Assembly (NCBI RefSeq): GCF_001194135.2
Contig: NC_069002.1
Span: forward strand, 135,424 to 199,423
Direction of reading: 5' to 3'
Origin: Octopus bimaculoides
Taxonomy: Eukaryota
Length of the DNA: 64,000 nt
Below are positions 23,400 to 36,626 of this stretch, piece after piece (positions within the stretch are counted from its first letter, which is position 1; the number at the start of each line of letters is the position of its first letter). The translations under genes and the position numbers were made by a program. The notes under the pieces were generated by a model that did no database searches, had not been told where the DNA came from, and saw only the letters and a program-made list of their open reading frames with translations.

Positions 23400-23735
23400 T
23401 TCAAAAGTAATGAAGAATTTAGTAAAATAACTTTGTTATTATTAAGTAGGTATTTGGAAACCTGAATTAATTTGAAGTTTTGATGGAAGGGGGTTTTATT
23501 TAGATTACTGTAACCCTTTTTATTACCATATTTCAGTTGAAAGACACTGCTTTTGTTGCAGTTAATTTTGAAAATAAGGAAGAATTTAATAAAATTTGAC
23601 CCCATGAAGCTAGTGTTGGGTACATAAATCAACACAAAATTTCGATAGATTGCTGTAATTTAGATTACTTTGAACAACAAACTTTATTTTATTGAACAAG
23701 GGGCAGTCACAGGAGGGTTGGTATCAAAAGGGTTA
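23400..23735. mobile_element. piggyBac-like MITE, one partial plus one near-complete copy
   Basis: TAACCCTTTTTATTACCATATTTC..GGTATCAAAAGGGTTAA. Confidence 0.6.
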
Positions 23736-24002
23736 AAAAATAACAACAAAAGATTTTACTAATGAAATTAAGGAACTTTGTTATAAACTATTAACTGAAA
23801 TTAAAATTATCACAATCTAATCAACATCAGTAATATTTCTAAATGTTTTAATGTTTTTAAATCGATTTTGTTGGATTAAACCATGAAATTGTTTAACAAG
23901 AAAGTTCAATAAGTTCACGAGGGGAGGAGAATGTGTAATGTTTTGTGCCTCGCTTCTTGTCAAAAGAATAAAAAGTAGGTTTACACCTTGGGTTAAACTC
24001 AC

Positions 24003-24113
24003 CTGATATTTGCGATTTCTCTCCTTATCATTGCAAATAATGACACCAGCACTGTTGACTGTATCCATGGAGAAAGATTGTGACCATTTAGAATCATAAA
24101 CTTGTAATTTGGC
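24003..24113 (-). CDS. VPS13: VPS13 exon (VAB region)
   Basis: AKLQVYDSKWSQSFSMDTVNSAGVIIC..KYQ. Confidence 0.93.
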
Positions 24114-24383
24114 CTAGAAAAGAAAAGAAAAAAACAAAAAAGAAAAAAAAGGAAAAAAAGAAAATTAGCATTATGGTAAAAGTAAGGAAGAGCAATAATG
24201 AAGAAAAGATATTTTCAAACGAAGCAAATGTGGGAAAATCAAAAAGAAAAAAAAAAAAAAAAGAAGCATAATGTTAAGAATCCCTTTCCCTGCTCTTTAT
24301 TGAAAAAACTAAAAAAAAATCCTATTTTCACATGAAACAATTTTCAAGAAAGAAATGCGGTTTCAGATGAAACTAGCAAATAC

Positions 24384-24467
24384 CTTTTTTCTCCTGTGTT
24401 TTTTGTATCTGAATAATACTGGAACACCTAATGGACTGCACTCAAAAACAGCATCTGAACCAGTGCC
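24384..24467 (-). CDS. VPS13: VPS13 exon
   Basis: GTGSDAVFECSPLGVPVLFRYKKHRRKK. Confidence 0.87.
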
Positions 24468-24638
24468 CTAGGGGGGGAAGAAAATAGTTTGAGCATCACA
24501 ATGATATTTACATTCTTATTACATTTTCTATATATATATGCATGTATCTGAGATAAAAGATATTTTCTTGAATTTATGTATTCAGGATTTTCTGAGAAAC
24601 TATGGCAACAAAATTTGTTTGTGAGAAGATAATCTTAC

Positions 24639-24857
24639 CCGCAGCAAAATCGGAAAATCTGTTTTATTCATGATCCAGTAAGGGGAATAGATGCGAAGAT
24701 CATGAGTCAAAGACTGAACAGAATGGATACTAATGCTCAGATATTTCTCACTTGATTCCATATCAGTCTCTGTTTCCATAGAAATAGCTTTGAACTCTTC
24801 CATATCATTGCCAATGTCTAGGTTCCCACTCCAATCACAAGACAGGTAATCAGTTAT
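24639..24857 (-). CDS. VPS13: VPS13 exon (VAB region)
   Basis: ITDYLSCDWSG..IYSPYWIMNKTDFPILLR. Confidence 0.94.
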
Positions 24858-25837
24858 CTACAAAAGAAAGCAGCAAAGATGATTAGTTCTAATTTCAGTC
24901 TCACTAATGTTGGTCTGCAGTCATCATTGCCATCATCATCGTCATCATCATTGTCATCATCCTCATCATCATCCTCATCATCATCATCATCATCATCACC
25001 AGGTTCATCATTGTTTTAACATCTATTTTCCCATGTGTGCATGGGTTTGATGAGAATGCCTTGGAGCAGAGTTTCTATATATGAATGCCCTTTCTGGCAC
25101 CACACCCTTTTTGGTTCCAGATAGAGGAATATTCTTCCTGTCTATTGAACGACAAACATCCAGGCATATTTTATGCAACCAACTGGAAACAAAGGACCCC
25201 TGTATGATTGAGCCCTTTGTTTATAGAGAAATCACAACACGACAAGAAGCTTGGACATGCTTTTGTGATGAACTGCAAGCCATTATTTACAAACCAGCAA
25301 AAGGCAAGGGAAAAATGAGCTCACACACATACACACAAAATGGGTTTCTTTCAGTTTCCATCAAGGAAATCCATCACAAGGCTTTGATCATCTTGGAGCT
25401 ACAGTAGAAGGTGGCATGTGTGCAGGAGTGAACATGAATTCCCATGGCTGGGAAGTGAACTTCTGAAACCACAGCAATATTTATTTATTTTATGGCTTTG
25501 TCATAATTAGCAGTGGGCAGTGATCCATCCTCACACAACAGACCAAGCTCAAAGACTTCACAACAGACTGGACCCTGATAAAGACACCAAAGGCTTCATC
25601 GATCCACCAAACAGAATCACAAAACGCTTCCTTTGATGGGCTTCAACATAGTCTCTATCCACTAAATTTTACTCACATAGCTTTGATTTATCCCAACATT
25701 ACATTGAGAAGACACTTGTCCTCCCAAAATGTCCTCTCAAATGACTGAACTTGAAACTGCAAATTTGCAAAATAAACATCTTCATCACACAGCCATGCCT
25801 GTACTGCCCAGACTGGTCAAGCAGATCATTTACATAC

Positions 25838-25927
25838 CTGCAAGGACAATTTCTGCATTTTGGTAACATCCACAGTGTACAGGGGTGTCATCTCACCATG
25901 GGTTAAACTGCTGTAGGAGTTGGTACC
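25838..25927 (-). CDS. VPS13: VPS13 exon
   Basis: GTNSYSSLTHGEMTPLYTVDVTKMQKLSLQ. Confidence 0.88.
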
Positions 25928-26013
25928 CTGAAAAACAAAATGGAAGTAGAAATATTAGTTTGTTCAAAAAAAGTTAGGGCTAGCTTGACTCCTTAAATCC
26001 CCTTTGCTGGCAT

Positions 26014-26053
<40 letters not shown>

Positions 26054-26413
26054 GGTGCTGTACACTTCCACTACAACTAATACCATTGGTCTGTCACCCT
26101 TCCAGCACCACCGCCACCACCGCCACCACCACCACTACTATTAATAGTGGTGGTGGTGGTGTTACTGTCACCACTACTCTGACTATTTACTACAAAAATC
26201 ATCGTCAATTAAAAAATAAAAAGGAAAGAAATAACATTTCAAAAATATAAAGAAACTAACAAAACTTGATTTTTTACAATTTATACAAAAATACAATTAT
26301 TTGGGTGCTGCTGGTTCCTTGTTTCTATTTTGGTGGTGGAGTTTGCAACCAGGCCACTCTGAAAGAGTTAAACACTATTCGATATGCAGAATAAAACAGC
26401 AAATGTAAAGTAC

Positions 26414-26548
26414 CTCCAGAGAAAACTGCACATCATATGGTAACAAATTATGTAAGACAACTGGTGGATTCATGTGGAGGATATAATAGGGGATACTTTT
26501 GGGTAGCGTCTGGGATGGATACAGGGTTTCCTGGTCCTTGCAGGTTAC
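26414..26548 (-). CDS. VPS13: VPS13 exon
   Basis: ..YILHMNPPVVLHNLLPYDVQFSLE. Confidence 0.92.
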
Positions 26549-26732
26549 CTAAAAAAAGAAATGATACAAATGTAAGGCATTGCATATGTCAACCAGACAA
26601 GAAAGGAGTGCTCAATACACTAAGTATTAGGCTTAAAAAAGAAGCATTAGGGTTGATTCATTTAACTAAACATTCTCGAAAGCAGTGCTCCAGCATGGCT
26701 GCAGTTAAATGACTGAAACAAGTAAGAGATAT

Positions 26733-26778
<46 letters not shown>

Positions 26779-26810
26779 AAATAAAACAAATATAAGAAAG
26801 AATTATTTAC

Positions 26811-26922
26811 TTTTATAGTGAAAGGTCGGGCAAGTCCAGTTGGTACACAAGAATAGTGTTTACTGCGGTCTTTCATTTGTATAAGGTCTTTCCACCAAAT
26901 GCCATTTTCAGTCTTTGGGAAG
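26811..26922 (-). CDS. VPS13: VPS13 exon
   Basis: FPKTENGIWWKDL..YSC..FTIK. Confidence 0.88.
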
Positions 26923-27822
26923 CTATACAAGATGAGGAAAAAAGTATTAAAATCAGTAGAGTACTAAGTTGAAGGGACTAATTTATAAGACATACAATGA
27001 ATATTTGTCTAAAGTGTTGGGCTAATGATTGACCCCACTGCCATCCCTGATCAGGCGTTCAAACCTTCGTTACTATAACTTGCTAACAAGAGACCAACAA
27101 TTGGTCTCAACTGAATGGTTGAGTTTACTTTGAGTCACATCCCTTCAGGGTCAACTCCCCATCTTCTACAGATACAATTAACAACAAGGTATTTGCACAA
27201 GTTTACACCATTTATACAGTAACATAAATAAATTAAAAATGTGTATATGTATTTATGTGTGTGTGTGTGTGTGTGTGTGTGAATGTGTGTATGATTGTGT
27301 CTCCTTGTCTTCACATTGCATAATTGTTGTAAAGAAATGTCCTTCGTTTCCAATCATCCACAANNNNNNNNNNAGAAGAAGTGAATCTGGCCATAGAAAA
27401 TCTGCCTTCATGAATTTCATCTGAACCATGTGAACCATGCAAGTATATAGAAATGGATGTTGATGATGATATATGTACAATGGATTTCTGGATAGTTTTC
27501 TACTTACCAATGAAAGCAACAATCAAACCCTGGACTACAAAGTTTTGAAGCAAACTTCTTAACCACATATCAATACTTACATTATCATCATCATCATCAT
27601 CATCATCATTTTGCATCCATTTTCCATGCTGGCACGGGTTAGATGGTTAAACTGGAACCGGTAAGCTGTACCAGGCTCCAGTCTGATTTTGGCCTCTGTA
27701 CAAGACACAACAATTACCCTAATCTCCTCCTTTTTACTCTCTCTCTCTCAGTGGAACAGCAACTGAGAAGAATAAACCAAAAAAAAAAACAGACATAATG
27801 ATCACCAATTCTCAGAACTTAC

Positions 27823-28025
27823 AATAAATCAACAGGTGAGACAAAGAGTTCACAGTGGTAGGCAATGAGTAAAGGTATTTGGAAACTCTCTCCACAAGCA
27901 ACAGTAGTCAGCTTCACGAAGCCTTTATCATCATCCATTTCAGCTTTTATGGCTAATTCTGGGATGGCTTTCAGAGCCTGAGATTTACAGAAGACATCTA
28001 AGGCCATGGTTAAATTGTTTTGGAT
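27823..28025 (-). CDS. VPS13: VPS13 exon
   Basis: IQNNLTMALDVF..GESFQIPL..LFVSP. Confidence 0.9.
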
Positions 28026-28272
28026 CTGAAATATTCAAAGAAATAATGAAGACATTTACTGGTTGTTAATAACCAAATAGTATGGTAGCTTACAGAAGGG
28101 GAAAAGCAGAGTTTGTGGCTTTTGTGGAAAGCCCCATGTAGGATTGAAATCTGGTCAAGTCCACAGAAAGATTTGTAGTAGCAAATATCCGTCAATTGTA
28201 AATAATGTACATAATTCCACATTTTTTAAATATAGAACGGTTTCAAGTTTTATTTAAGATAAGATCTTTTAC

Positions 28273-28353
28273 CTTGAGAGGAGAGCTGACTGTAACAAGC
28301 TTCCTTCCATGAGATATGTCTACATCCCAGACAAAGCAGTATTTTGTGTTGTT
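28273..28353 (-). CDS. VPS13: VPS13 exon
   Basis: NNTKYCFVWDVDISHGRKLVTVSSPLK. Confidence 0.9.
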
Positions 28354-29122
28354 CTGAAATGAAATTTGATAAATCAGTCACATCAAGAGTTTTATTAAAA
28401 TTTCTTTTTTTTAAAATTGAAATATAGAAACCAATACTCCCTACCCTTAGACCCCCAAAAAGCAAAAAGGAAAAAAAAAAGGAGAAAATAATTTGTAAGT
28501 AATTGTTTCCCTGCCATCAAAATACAAATTTCATATTGTTATAAATTGAATAAATTGAGTGAAATACCTTGTAGTATTTATTGCTTTATTGAATAGCCAT
28601 AAGAACTATATGGAGCTGTATATGATGTTGACGGAGACAAGAACAATAACAATGACAATGACAACAGAAAACACTGGTCATAATTTAAATGATTCTGTTG
28701 TTAATGTGTTTATTCGTTTAATTAATTTAAAAAAAAAAAAAATTTACACCCGCATCTAACCCCTATACACATGTTTGATAATGGTGGATATTCCACAAGG
28801 TTTGTTCCAATTTCACTTTGTTTTGGGGAGATGGAGAAGGTGTCAACAATTGAGCAAAGGAAAACACTGAATATAATCTGTCCATCCAATATGATGATGA
28901 TGATGATGTTACCACTCATCATTATCATGTAAACAACAACAGAGATGATGATGATAATGATGATTAAAATATTTATGCCAGAAATATATTCATTTATTTA
29001 AAATTTTATGATTAAAAATATTTCAATATTTACTGAAAAAATCCCATTAAAGACATCAAGTAGATCTGAGCTTGTATTTATTGCTCCAAATTACTATTAG
29101 ATAATTGGACTGGCTTACTCAC

Positions 29123-29197
29123 CTTAACTGGTTGCATTGGGATTAGTTTGTGACATGCTCTGGCATAAGAGAGTGTCATAGGGTCAAAGCCATCAAA
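29123..29197 (-). CDS. VPS13: VPS13 exon
   Basis: FDGFDPMTLSYARACHKLIPMQPVK. Confidence 0.85.
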
Positions 29198-29987
29198 CTG
29201 AAATGAAATATAGAAAAAATAATATCTAAATGAAAACAACAACAAAAAAAAAGAGGCTTAAATGTACTGCAATGTTAACCAGGGTGTCACAAACTCACAT
29301 AGAAGTTTCCCTGTTAACACATGTAGAGGCTGTCTCATTGGTTGAAAGAAAGACAAAGGAAGTAGGAGATTTCTGATACCAACCCACCCAAGACCACCCC
29401 TGGTGATATGATACAAACTTCTTGTTTCAAAGTGATCTAAATTAAAACCTTTTTTTCGATGTTTCATGTTAATTTGTTCTAAACACCAGCTTAGTAATGA
29501 CAGTCATTTTATTAAATGCTTCATTATTTCTTGGAATTAAGTGAATATTTCACTAGAAACATGTCCCCTGCAAACGTTTGCTAAATACTTGATGGACAAA
29601 CAATTGAAACATGCTTGCTTGTCAGTGAGTTTAGTCAAGAGTGTGAGTCTGTTTGCTCTCAGGCAGAATTTCTGTGAAGGTCAACTGCCTTTTATCCTTT
29701 TGGGGTTGATAAAAGAAGTACCGGTTGAACACCAGTGTTGATGTAATTGACTTACTCCATCCCCCGAAAATGCTGGCCTTGTGCCAAAATTTGAAACCAA
29801 CATTATCAGACAGAATCTTTTTCTTGAATTCTCTGACAAACTGTCTCTTTCGATTTTCTGACCATCAACTACACAGCAAACATATGTTAGGAACTTTAAC
29901 TGCCAGTGTTACAGACACAATCTCTGTTCATCATAAACACAGTAACCAACAATTACTTTGATTCACAACATAAAATAAATTACTTAC

Positions 29988-30129
29988 TTGCAATGTCATC
30001 TGATTCTTGTCAAGAATCTCAGTTGTTGCATAATCAAAAGTGTCAGGGAATGGTTGTATTGGGAACAGCTTCACCATATTGCCAATGTTTGACAATGCCT
30101 TGGGCAGGAAACTTAAACCATCAATTTCA
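29988..30129 (-). CDS. VPS13: VPS13 exon
   Basis: EIDGLSFLPK..ILDKNQMTLQ; open frame, phases fit both neighbours. Confidence 0.8.
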
Positions 30130-31065
30130 CTAAAACAGAAGAACCAGAGAACACATCAAAGAAAAATTCTGATGTAAATGTTTTGTTTTTTTTAAAATTG
30201 CTTTTTAACTGTTTTTATCTTATATTTTACATTAATTGTTTTGTTACCATATTTCTGTTGAAATACTTTGTAAAATAAACTATTATTATTAAGTTCGTGT
30301 TTAAGGTGGCAAGCAAGCAGAATCCTTAACATGTTGGATGAAATGCTTAGAGGCATTTCATCCGTTTTCATGGACAATTTTGCTTTCCATCCGTTCGGAA
30401 CTGGTAAAATAAATACCAGTTGAGTACTGAGGTCAGTAACTTATTCCTTCCCCAAAATTGCCAGCCTTGTGCCAAAATTTAAAAACCATTATTCAGTTGC
30501 TGAAACATAAATTAACAAGAGATTTTGATGGGAAATTTTAATTCCGATCACTTCAAATCAGGAAGTCTGGATCATAGACTCGGGAGCAGTTTTAGGTAGG
30601 TTCATATGAAAAGAGTTCAAACAGGAAGTTTGTGTCATAAAAGCAGGGGTGGTGTCAGAAATGGGTAAATTTGAAGATTTTTGGAGTATTGTCACTTGTG
30701 AACTTCACTCTGTTACAGGAATTCTGACCAGATTTGTTGTTGCTTAACCTCTGGTCAATCCTGGTCAAACTTATGATCAAATATATTTGTAGTTGTGACA
30801 ATTACATTATCTAAAATGTCATTCCTTTCTTAAACAAGTAGAGTATGACTTGAAGGAAATTCAGGTGCTAATTCTTGCAGGTTGAGTAAATAGACAGAAG
30901 CAACCTCATTGAACAAGGTCTGTTAGTCAGGTGACCCTTTTTTTCTGAAATGCATGTCGATTGCTTGTGCATGTATTAGCTGTGCCACACCATTTATACA
31001 TGCAAATATAAATTAATATTCAGTTTTTTTTTTATGTGTAATATGCAATAAAAAAATATACTTAC

Positions 31066-31178
31066 TCATCATCTGGAGAGGTTGTCCAATCTGGAGAGGT
31101 GATCACTTTCTTTTCTTCTGTACCATTAACATTCTTTTTCTGAATCACTGAACAACCTTGGACTTTTTCTTCAGGATT
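31066..31178 (-). CDS. VPS13: VPS13 exon
   Basis: NPEEKVQG..WTTSPDD; phases fit. Confidence 0.78.
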
Positions 31179-31749
31179 CTAAGAATAGAAACAATAAAAC
31201 AACACAATTTTCAAAAGGTAAATATATATATATATTTTTTTTATTATTTTACATAGGCATTATGATACTAATAACTTGGTATTAGAACTTGATATATATA
31301 TGTTTCAATACAAAGCATTAGTCGAGTACAGAGCAGAAATAAGGAATTAAAATGACAAAAGAAAAAGAAATTGTGCTGTGAACTACATTAACTTACAGCT
31401 GTTTCTTTTATAAGATGCAATACACTCATAGTTGCATGATTGTGAATCACCCTGTGACTTCATCGGAGGGTCAAACTGAAGTGCAAATTGCATTTGTGTA
31501 TGTGTGCATGCATAAATGTGTGTATGTGTGTGTGTATGTATATCTATCTATCTATCTATCTATCTAACTGTCCATCCATCCATATCTATATCTATATATA
31601 TATATATGTATATATACAAGGTGTTCAAAAAATCTAATATATTCTTTCATTACCATATTTCTGTTGAAAATCCCAGTCCATGTTTCAACTAATTTTTTTT
31701 TTAAATAATGAATTTAGTAAAATAACTGGTCATTATTAAGTTGGTATTT

Positions 31750-32151
31750 GTAAGCTGGCAGAATTGTTAACACACTAGCTTTGCCTTTCATCTGTCTTTA
31801 CATTCTGAGTTCAAATTCTGCTGAGGTCAACTTTGCCTTTCATCCTTTCAGGGTTGATAAATTAAGTACCAGTGGAACTGGGGTCGATGTAAATGACTAG
31901 GCCCCTCCCCGCAAATTTCAGGACTTGTGCTTTTAGCAGAAAAGATTATTATTAAGGTAGCGAACTGGCAGAAACGTCGGCACACTGGGCAAAATGCTTA
32001 GTGGTAGTTCATCTGTTTTTACATTCAGAGTTCAAATTCTTCTGAGGTTGGCTTATCCTTTCAGGGTTGATAGATTTAAGTAAGCTGGGGTTGACATAAT
32101 CAACTTACCCTCTCCCCCAAAATTGCTGGCTTTGTGCCAAAATTTGAAATG
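31750..32151 (+). mobile_element. SINE family C trimer nested in a MITE, with 18-bp TSD
   Basis: Three head-to-tail partial or full copies; ATTATTAAGTTGGTRTTT at 31732-31749 and 32152-32169. Confidence 0.72.
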
Positions 32152-32263
32152 ATTATTAAGTTGGTGTTTGAAACATAAATCAACAAGAAATTTTGATGGG
32201 AAATTATAATTTACTTTCAAACAGGAAGTTTGTGTCACGGAACCCCAAAATGTACAAACTTAC

Positions 32264-32305
32264 CTTGACAGAATGATGCAGCGTCACAACAGCATGACAT
32301 CCAAG
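32264..32305 (-). CDS. VPS13: VPS13 exon
   Basis: LGCHAVVTLHHSVK; CAG/GTAAG, phase 0/0. Confidence 0.75.
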
Positions 32306-32592
32306 CTGATAAAGATAAGAAAATAAACATTACGTGTGTGTGTGTGTGTGTGTGTGCAAATAAATAATCAAAGAATTCACAAAGGTGAGAATTTAGATAT
32401 AAACATAGTCTGACAAAGATTTATATAACAAAAAAATCCAACAAAAACCAAAATTACAATATATAACAATTCTGAATATAATATTCCTTTGTCACATTTA
32501 TTCCATATCAGAATCTTTCATCTTATAGCTGTTCTAAATCACAAACCTGCCATGCTTATTGTTTTGTATCAGAGTGGAGTTTCTTTTCCCTT

Positions 32593-32805
32593 CAAGGGGG
32601 TGCTGAAAAGTTCCTAGCTCTGGGTAAAAGAAAATACAGGAACATCAGTTATGATTTTATTTAACATATTCCCCTTCTCAGATTCACTCACTTATTGCAG
32701 GGTCCTTTTGTTTTTCTAAGCCCTGTAAAAAAACTTGAAAGTTTGGGCCTCCAACCAGGCCTTTCATGACACCCTTAAAGCCAGGAACTTTTCAGCACCC
32801 CTTCA
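32593..32805. mobile_element. Tc1/mariner-like MITE
   Basis: TIRs AAGGGGGTGCTGAAAAGTTCCT and GGAACTTTTCAGCACCCCTT. Confidence 0.7.
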
Positions 32806-32919
32806 TATATATATATCTACTGAAACATTCAGCTTTCATAACTTTGGTTTCAGCCTCTAAAATAAAGCAGATGTTTTAATGTAGAAATATGAATAAAAGA
32901 CAAACGAATGCAAACTTAC

Positions 32920-32991
32920 TTCATTGATAACTTGTAAAGCAGGGAGGTCTCTCACCAGTGTAATATCTGAAGCTGTGGGGGTCATCAAGGC
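32920..32991 (-). CDS. VPS13: VPS13 exon
   Basis: ALMTPTASDITLVRDLPALQVINE. Confidence 0.82.
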
Positions 32992-33619
32992 CTGCAAATA
33001 TACAAATATGAAATGGTCACTAATATGGCAAAATAAATAAATTAAGTGTCAAAATGTTTGAGATAAATGAATTATTGTTAATAAGATTATAATTTTTCAG
33101 ACTATTAGCAACATCATTAGAGATGAAAAATGATTTAAATATTAACACGTATTTTGATTTGATATCCAATCATCAACAAGAATCTCACTTATTCCAGGAT
33201 GTGGATGTAAAACCAAACTGTATTTTGAACTTGAAATCTTTATTTCTAAACTTAAGGGTAGCAATACCCACCTAATCTACAAGGCTACTGATGATGCATG
33301 TACTAATATGTTACATTTTTTAGGTTATCTAAATATATTTGTCACTAAAAGTTGTAACAACAAAGAAATTATATTATAGATCAGTGCATGCACATGCGTG
33401 CACATGTGTGTGTGTGTATGCTGGTTCCACATAAAAAGCCCTCATGTTGGGACCACATAGAAAACACCCAGCACACTTTGTAAAGTAGTTGATATTAGGA
33501 AGAACATTCGGCCATAGAAACTAAGCGAAATCAGAGTGTAGAAAAGGTGTAGGTAGAAACTCTATAAGATGTACCCAGTGTAAGCTATGGACACATAAGA
33601 GGTGTAACAACATCAAAGG

Positions 33620-34345
33620 AAGGCTAACTGGGAAGATAGTTTTTGTGTGTGGCAATTGCTCAAGGGCAATAAACACTAAAAATGTGCAGAAAACAGCTTC
33701 CATCGCATGCCAGGGGGAAAAACTACAAGTGGTTGATAGCTTCTGTTACCTAGGTAACCAAGTCAGTAACAGGGGTGGATGCTCTGAGAGTGTAGCTACT
33801 AGAATAAGAATAACCTGGGCAAAATTCAGAAAGCTCCTACCTCCGCTGGTGACAAAGGGTCTCTCGCACAGAGTAAAAAGTAGACTGTATGACGCATGTC
33901 TGTGAACAGCCGTGACTGTTGAGGACATGTGTAAACTTGCAAGGAGTGAAACTAGTATGCTCCGATAGATGTGTAATGTCAGTGTGCATACACAACAGAG
34001 TGTAAGCACCCTGAGAGAAAAGTTGGACCTCAGAAGCATCAGTTGTGGTGTGCAAGCGACACGATTGCGCTGGTATGGTCATGTGGTGAGAATGGATGAG
34101 GATAGCTGTGTGAAAAAGTGCCACACCCTAGTGGTTGAGGGAACCTATGGAAGAGGTAGACCCAGGGAGACCTGGGATGAGGTGGTGGAGCACGACCTTT
34201 GAACATTGGGCCTCACCGAGGTAATGGCTAGTGACCGAGACCTTTGGAAATATGCTGTGCGTGAGAAGTCACGGCAAGGCAAGTGAGACCATAACTCATG
34301 GCCTATGCCAGGGATGTAACCAGCCCACTTATGCGCATCTTTCCT
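33620..34345 (+). mobile_element. RTE-clade LINE 3' fragment, degenerate
   Basis: VVDSFCYLG..RIRITWAKFR..RLRWYGHVVRM..GRGRPRETW; stops and an internal deletion. Confidence 0.9.
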
Positions 34346-34528
34346 TGTCTGGATTAATGGTTCCTCACTACACACACACACACACACAATGTTCAAAAGA
34401 GGATTTATGAGGGTTGCTGTACCCTAAGCCCTATTATATCTTCATTAGCACTGTTGCAATAAAGTATAACTGCGCTATCAAAGAAAATGTGACACTGCAC
34501 TGATTATGCTATGGTTTTTTTCGCTCAC

Positions 34529-34671
34529 CTCATAGACATCACTAATTACACTGATGGCAGCTGGTGTTACATTCAGTTGGAAAACATCCTTGGTGTTTAT
34601 GATAATGTAGTTACATGTACTTGTCTCATTGTCTTCATGGAGCTGCCCATCAACTTCATCAGATAAGGAAC
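34529..34671 (-). CDS. VPS13: VPS13 exon
   Basis: SLSDEVDG..NYIIINTKDVFQLNVTPAAISVISDVYE. Confidence 0.88.
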
Positions 34672-35594
34672 CTACATTGAAACAATAGAAATATAACATG
34701 GTGGGAACAAAGAAGCAGAGAACGTAAGTAATCGATAGAATAACTTGTTTATATTATTTAGGTAAAGTGTGAGCTAACATAATGTTTTAAATCCATTGAA
34801 ATTGTACTTGTATGGAGATCAAAAATTATTAATGTCAATAATAATGATTTTCAAAAAGTGCAGTGCAGGGGAGATAACTTTGAAATTTAAACTGAATAGA
34901 AATTGCAAGTAGTTATGTGGTAGTTATTGTCACAAGTTTGAAGTGCTTAGTTTTATATATTTGTCATAAATAAAAGGATTTGACATTTCAAAAATAGTTA
35001 ACAATGTTCATTTATTCAATGAAATTGCTAAAGTTAAAGGATTAAGTTAGAAAAGATTATTTTTGATTGAAAACAAAGAATAAGCATTTTGTAAGACGTT
35101 GTATAGAATTACCATTTTGGAAGTTTCTAGCCTGGACAAAGACTGAGACTTTATAGAAAGCATGCTTCATATTGATAACGAATTCTATATATATATATAT
35201 GATAATTAATTTATGTACATGAGAAGTGCAGTTAGCAATGAAATATATAAAAAAAACAAAAAGTAAAATAAGCCCGGAGGAAAGTGGAAAGGTTCTATGG
35301 TGGCCAGAAATAAAACTCTACAACAGGGTTCACCTTTCTTCATGGTACACAAATTAATCTTATCAAATTTTATTGTAGTTAGTTGAGTATAACACAAACA
35401 TTTAACATTTCGGTCAAAAAGCAAAAGAAAAATATTACAAAAATGTTAAAATCCCACATAAAAAGGCAGAGAAGACAATTGGAATGCAAAAGGCAGTGAG
35501 AGAACACAGTGAGTTATAATCCTATTATTGCTTGATGTTGAAAAACTTAGGATTGCTTCATATTCACTTTTTTAATATATAATACAAAATAAAG

Positions 35595-35795
35595 GGGATG
35601 AGCTGGCAGAATCATTACTGCACTGGGAAAAATGCTTAGCAGTATTTTCTCTGACATTTGTTCTGAGTTCAAATGGTTGACTTTGCCTTTCATCCTTTTG
35701 GGGTTGATAAAAAAATACCAGTTGAACACTGGGGTCGAGGTAACTGATTTATTCCCTCCCCCCAAATTGCTGGCCTTGTGTCAAAATTTGAAATC
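35595..35795 (+). mobile_element. SINE family C
   Basis: Same conserved core; further copies near 18790, 29590, 30303, 41622, 57468 and 58040. Confidence 0.72.
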
Positions 35796-35940
35796 AATAC
35801 GTAATACAAGATCAATAAATGAACACATAACATGTAAATAATACACATGCATATTGGTCGGTGCAACACAAGCCTTGTACAAATGTGCATTGATAACATG
35901 AAGCAGTTGCTGATTTGAAAAAAGAAGTCAGGCTTCGTAC

Positions 35941-36156
35941 CACTCATGCCAGCATGTATAAGTCCTTTGGAGGTCATAAATACTGGATCGTTGAGAGAAG
36001 GGTCAAAGGCTTCATCGTTATCATCTGTTTCGCTGACATCAGCTTCGCTACTATCACTAGAGAAAATGTTACCTAGTTTATTTGTTATATTATGGATAAA
36101 AGTCTCAGGCTCCGAGTCGGATTCACCCTGGATACTGCTCTGATGACTCACTGTAT
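35941..36156 (-). CDS. VPS13: VPS13 exon (acidic/Ser-rich insert)
   Basis: TVSHQSSIQGESDSEPETF..HAGMS; donor GTACGA chosen by phase, so the lower boundary is less certain. Confidence 0.72.
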
Positions 36157-36582
36157 CTGAAATACGGAGGTTTGCTTCATTAAGTATATTGTTTGTTAAC
36201 ATCACATACTGCCGGATGCAGTGCTCTAGCATGGCCACAGCCTCTCAATGAAACAAGTACAAAAGTTGAAAGCTCAATGTAAAATAAAAAAAGAAAAGCA
36301 CATTAGTAGCTCATTAAATGGTTTGGATTAATTAATATGTAATGAAAATGGTGAACACAAAAATAACAATGGAAATTAGTAAGAATCCAAAACATAATAA
36401 CACAAGTGCTCAGACAAAGTTAATTATTTTCAAGGGATGTTGATTAATAATATTGTTTCTTGTAGAAAGTACTTTAATAAAGACTGAATACATAATTTCT
36501 GTTTTGAAATCAATTTAGAATGTAAAGAAAATAATACAATCAAAATATGTGTGTGTATATATAAATACATAACTATAAGTGT

Positions 36583-36626
<44 letters not shown>

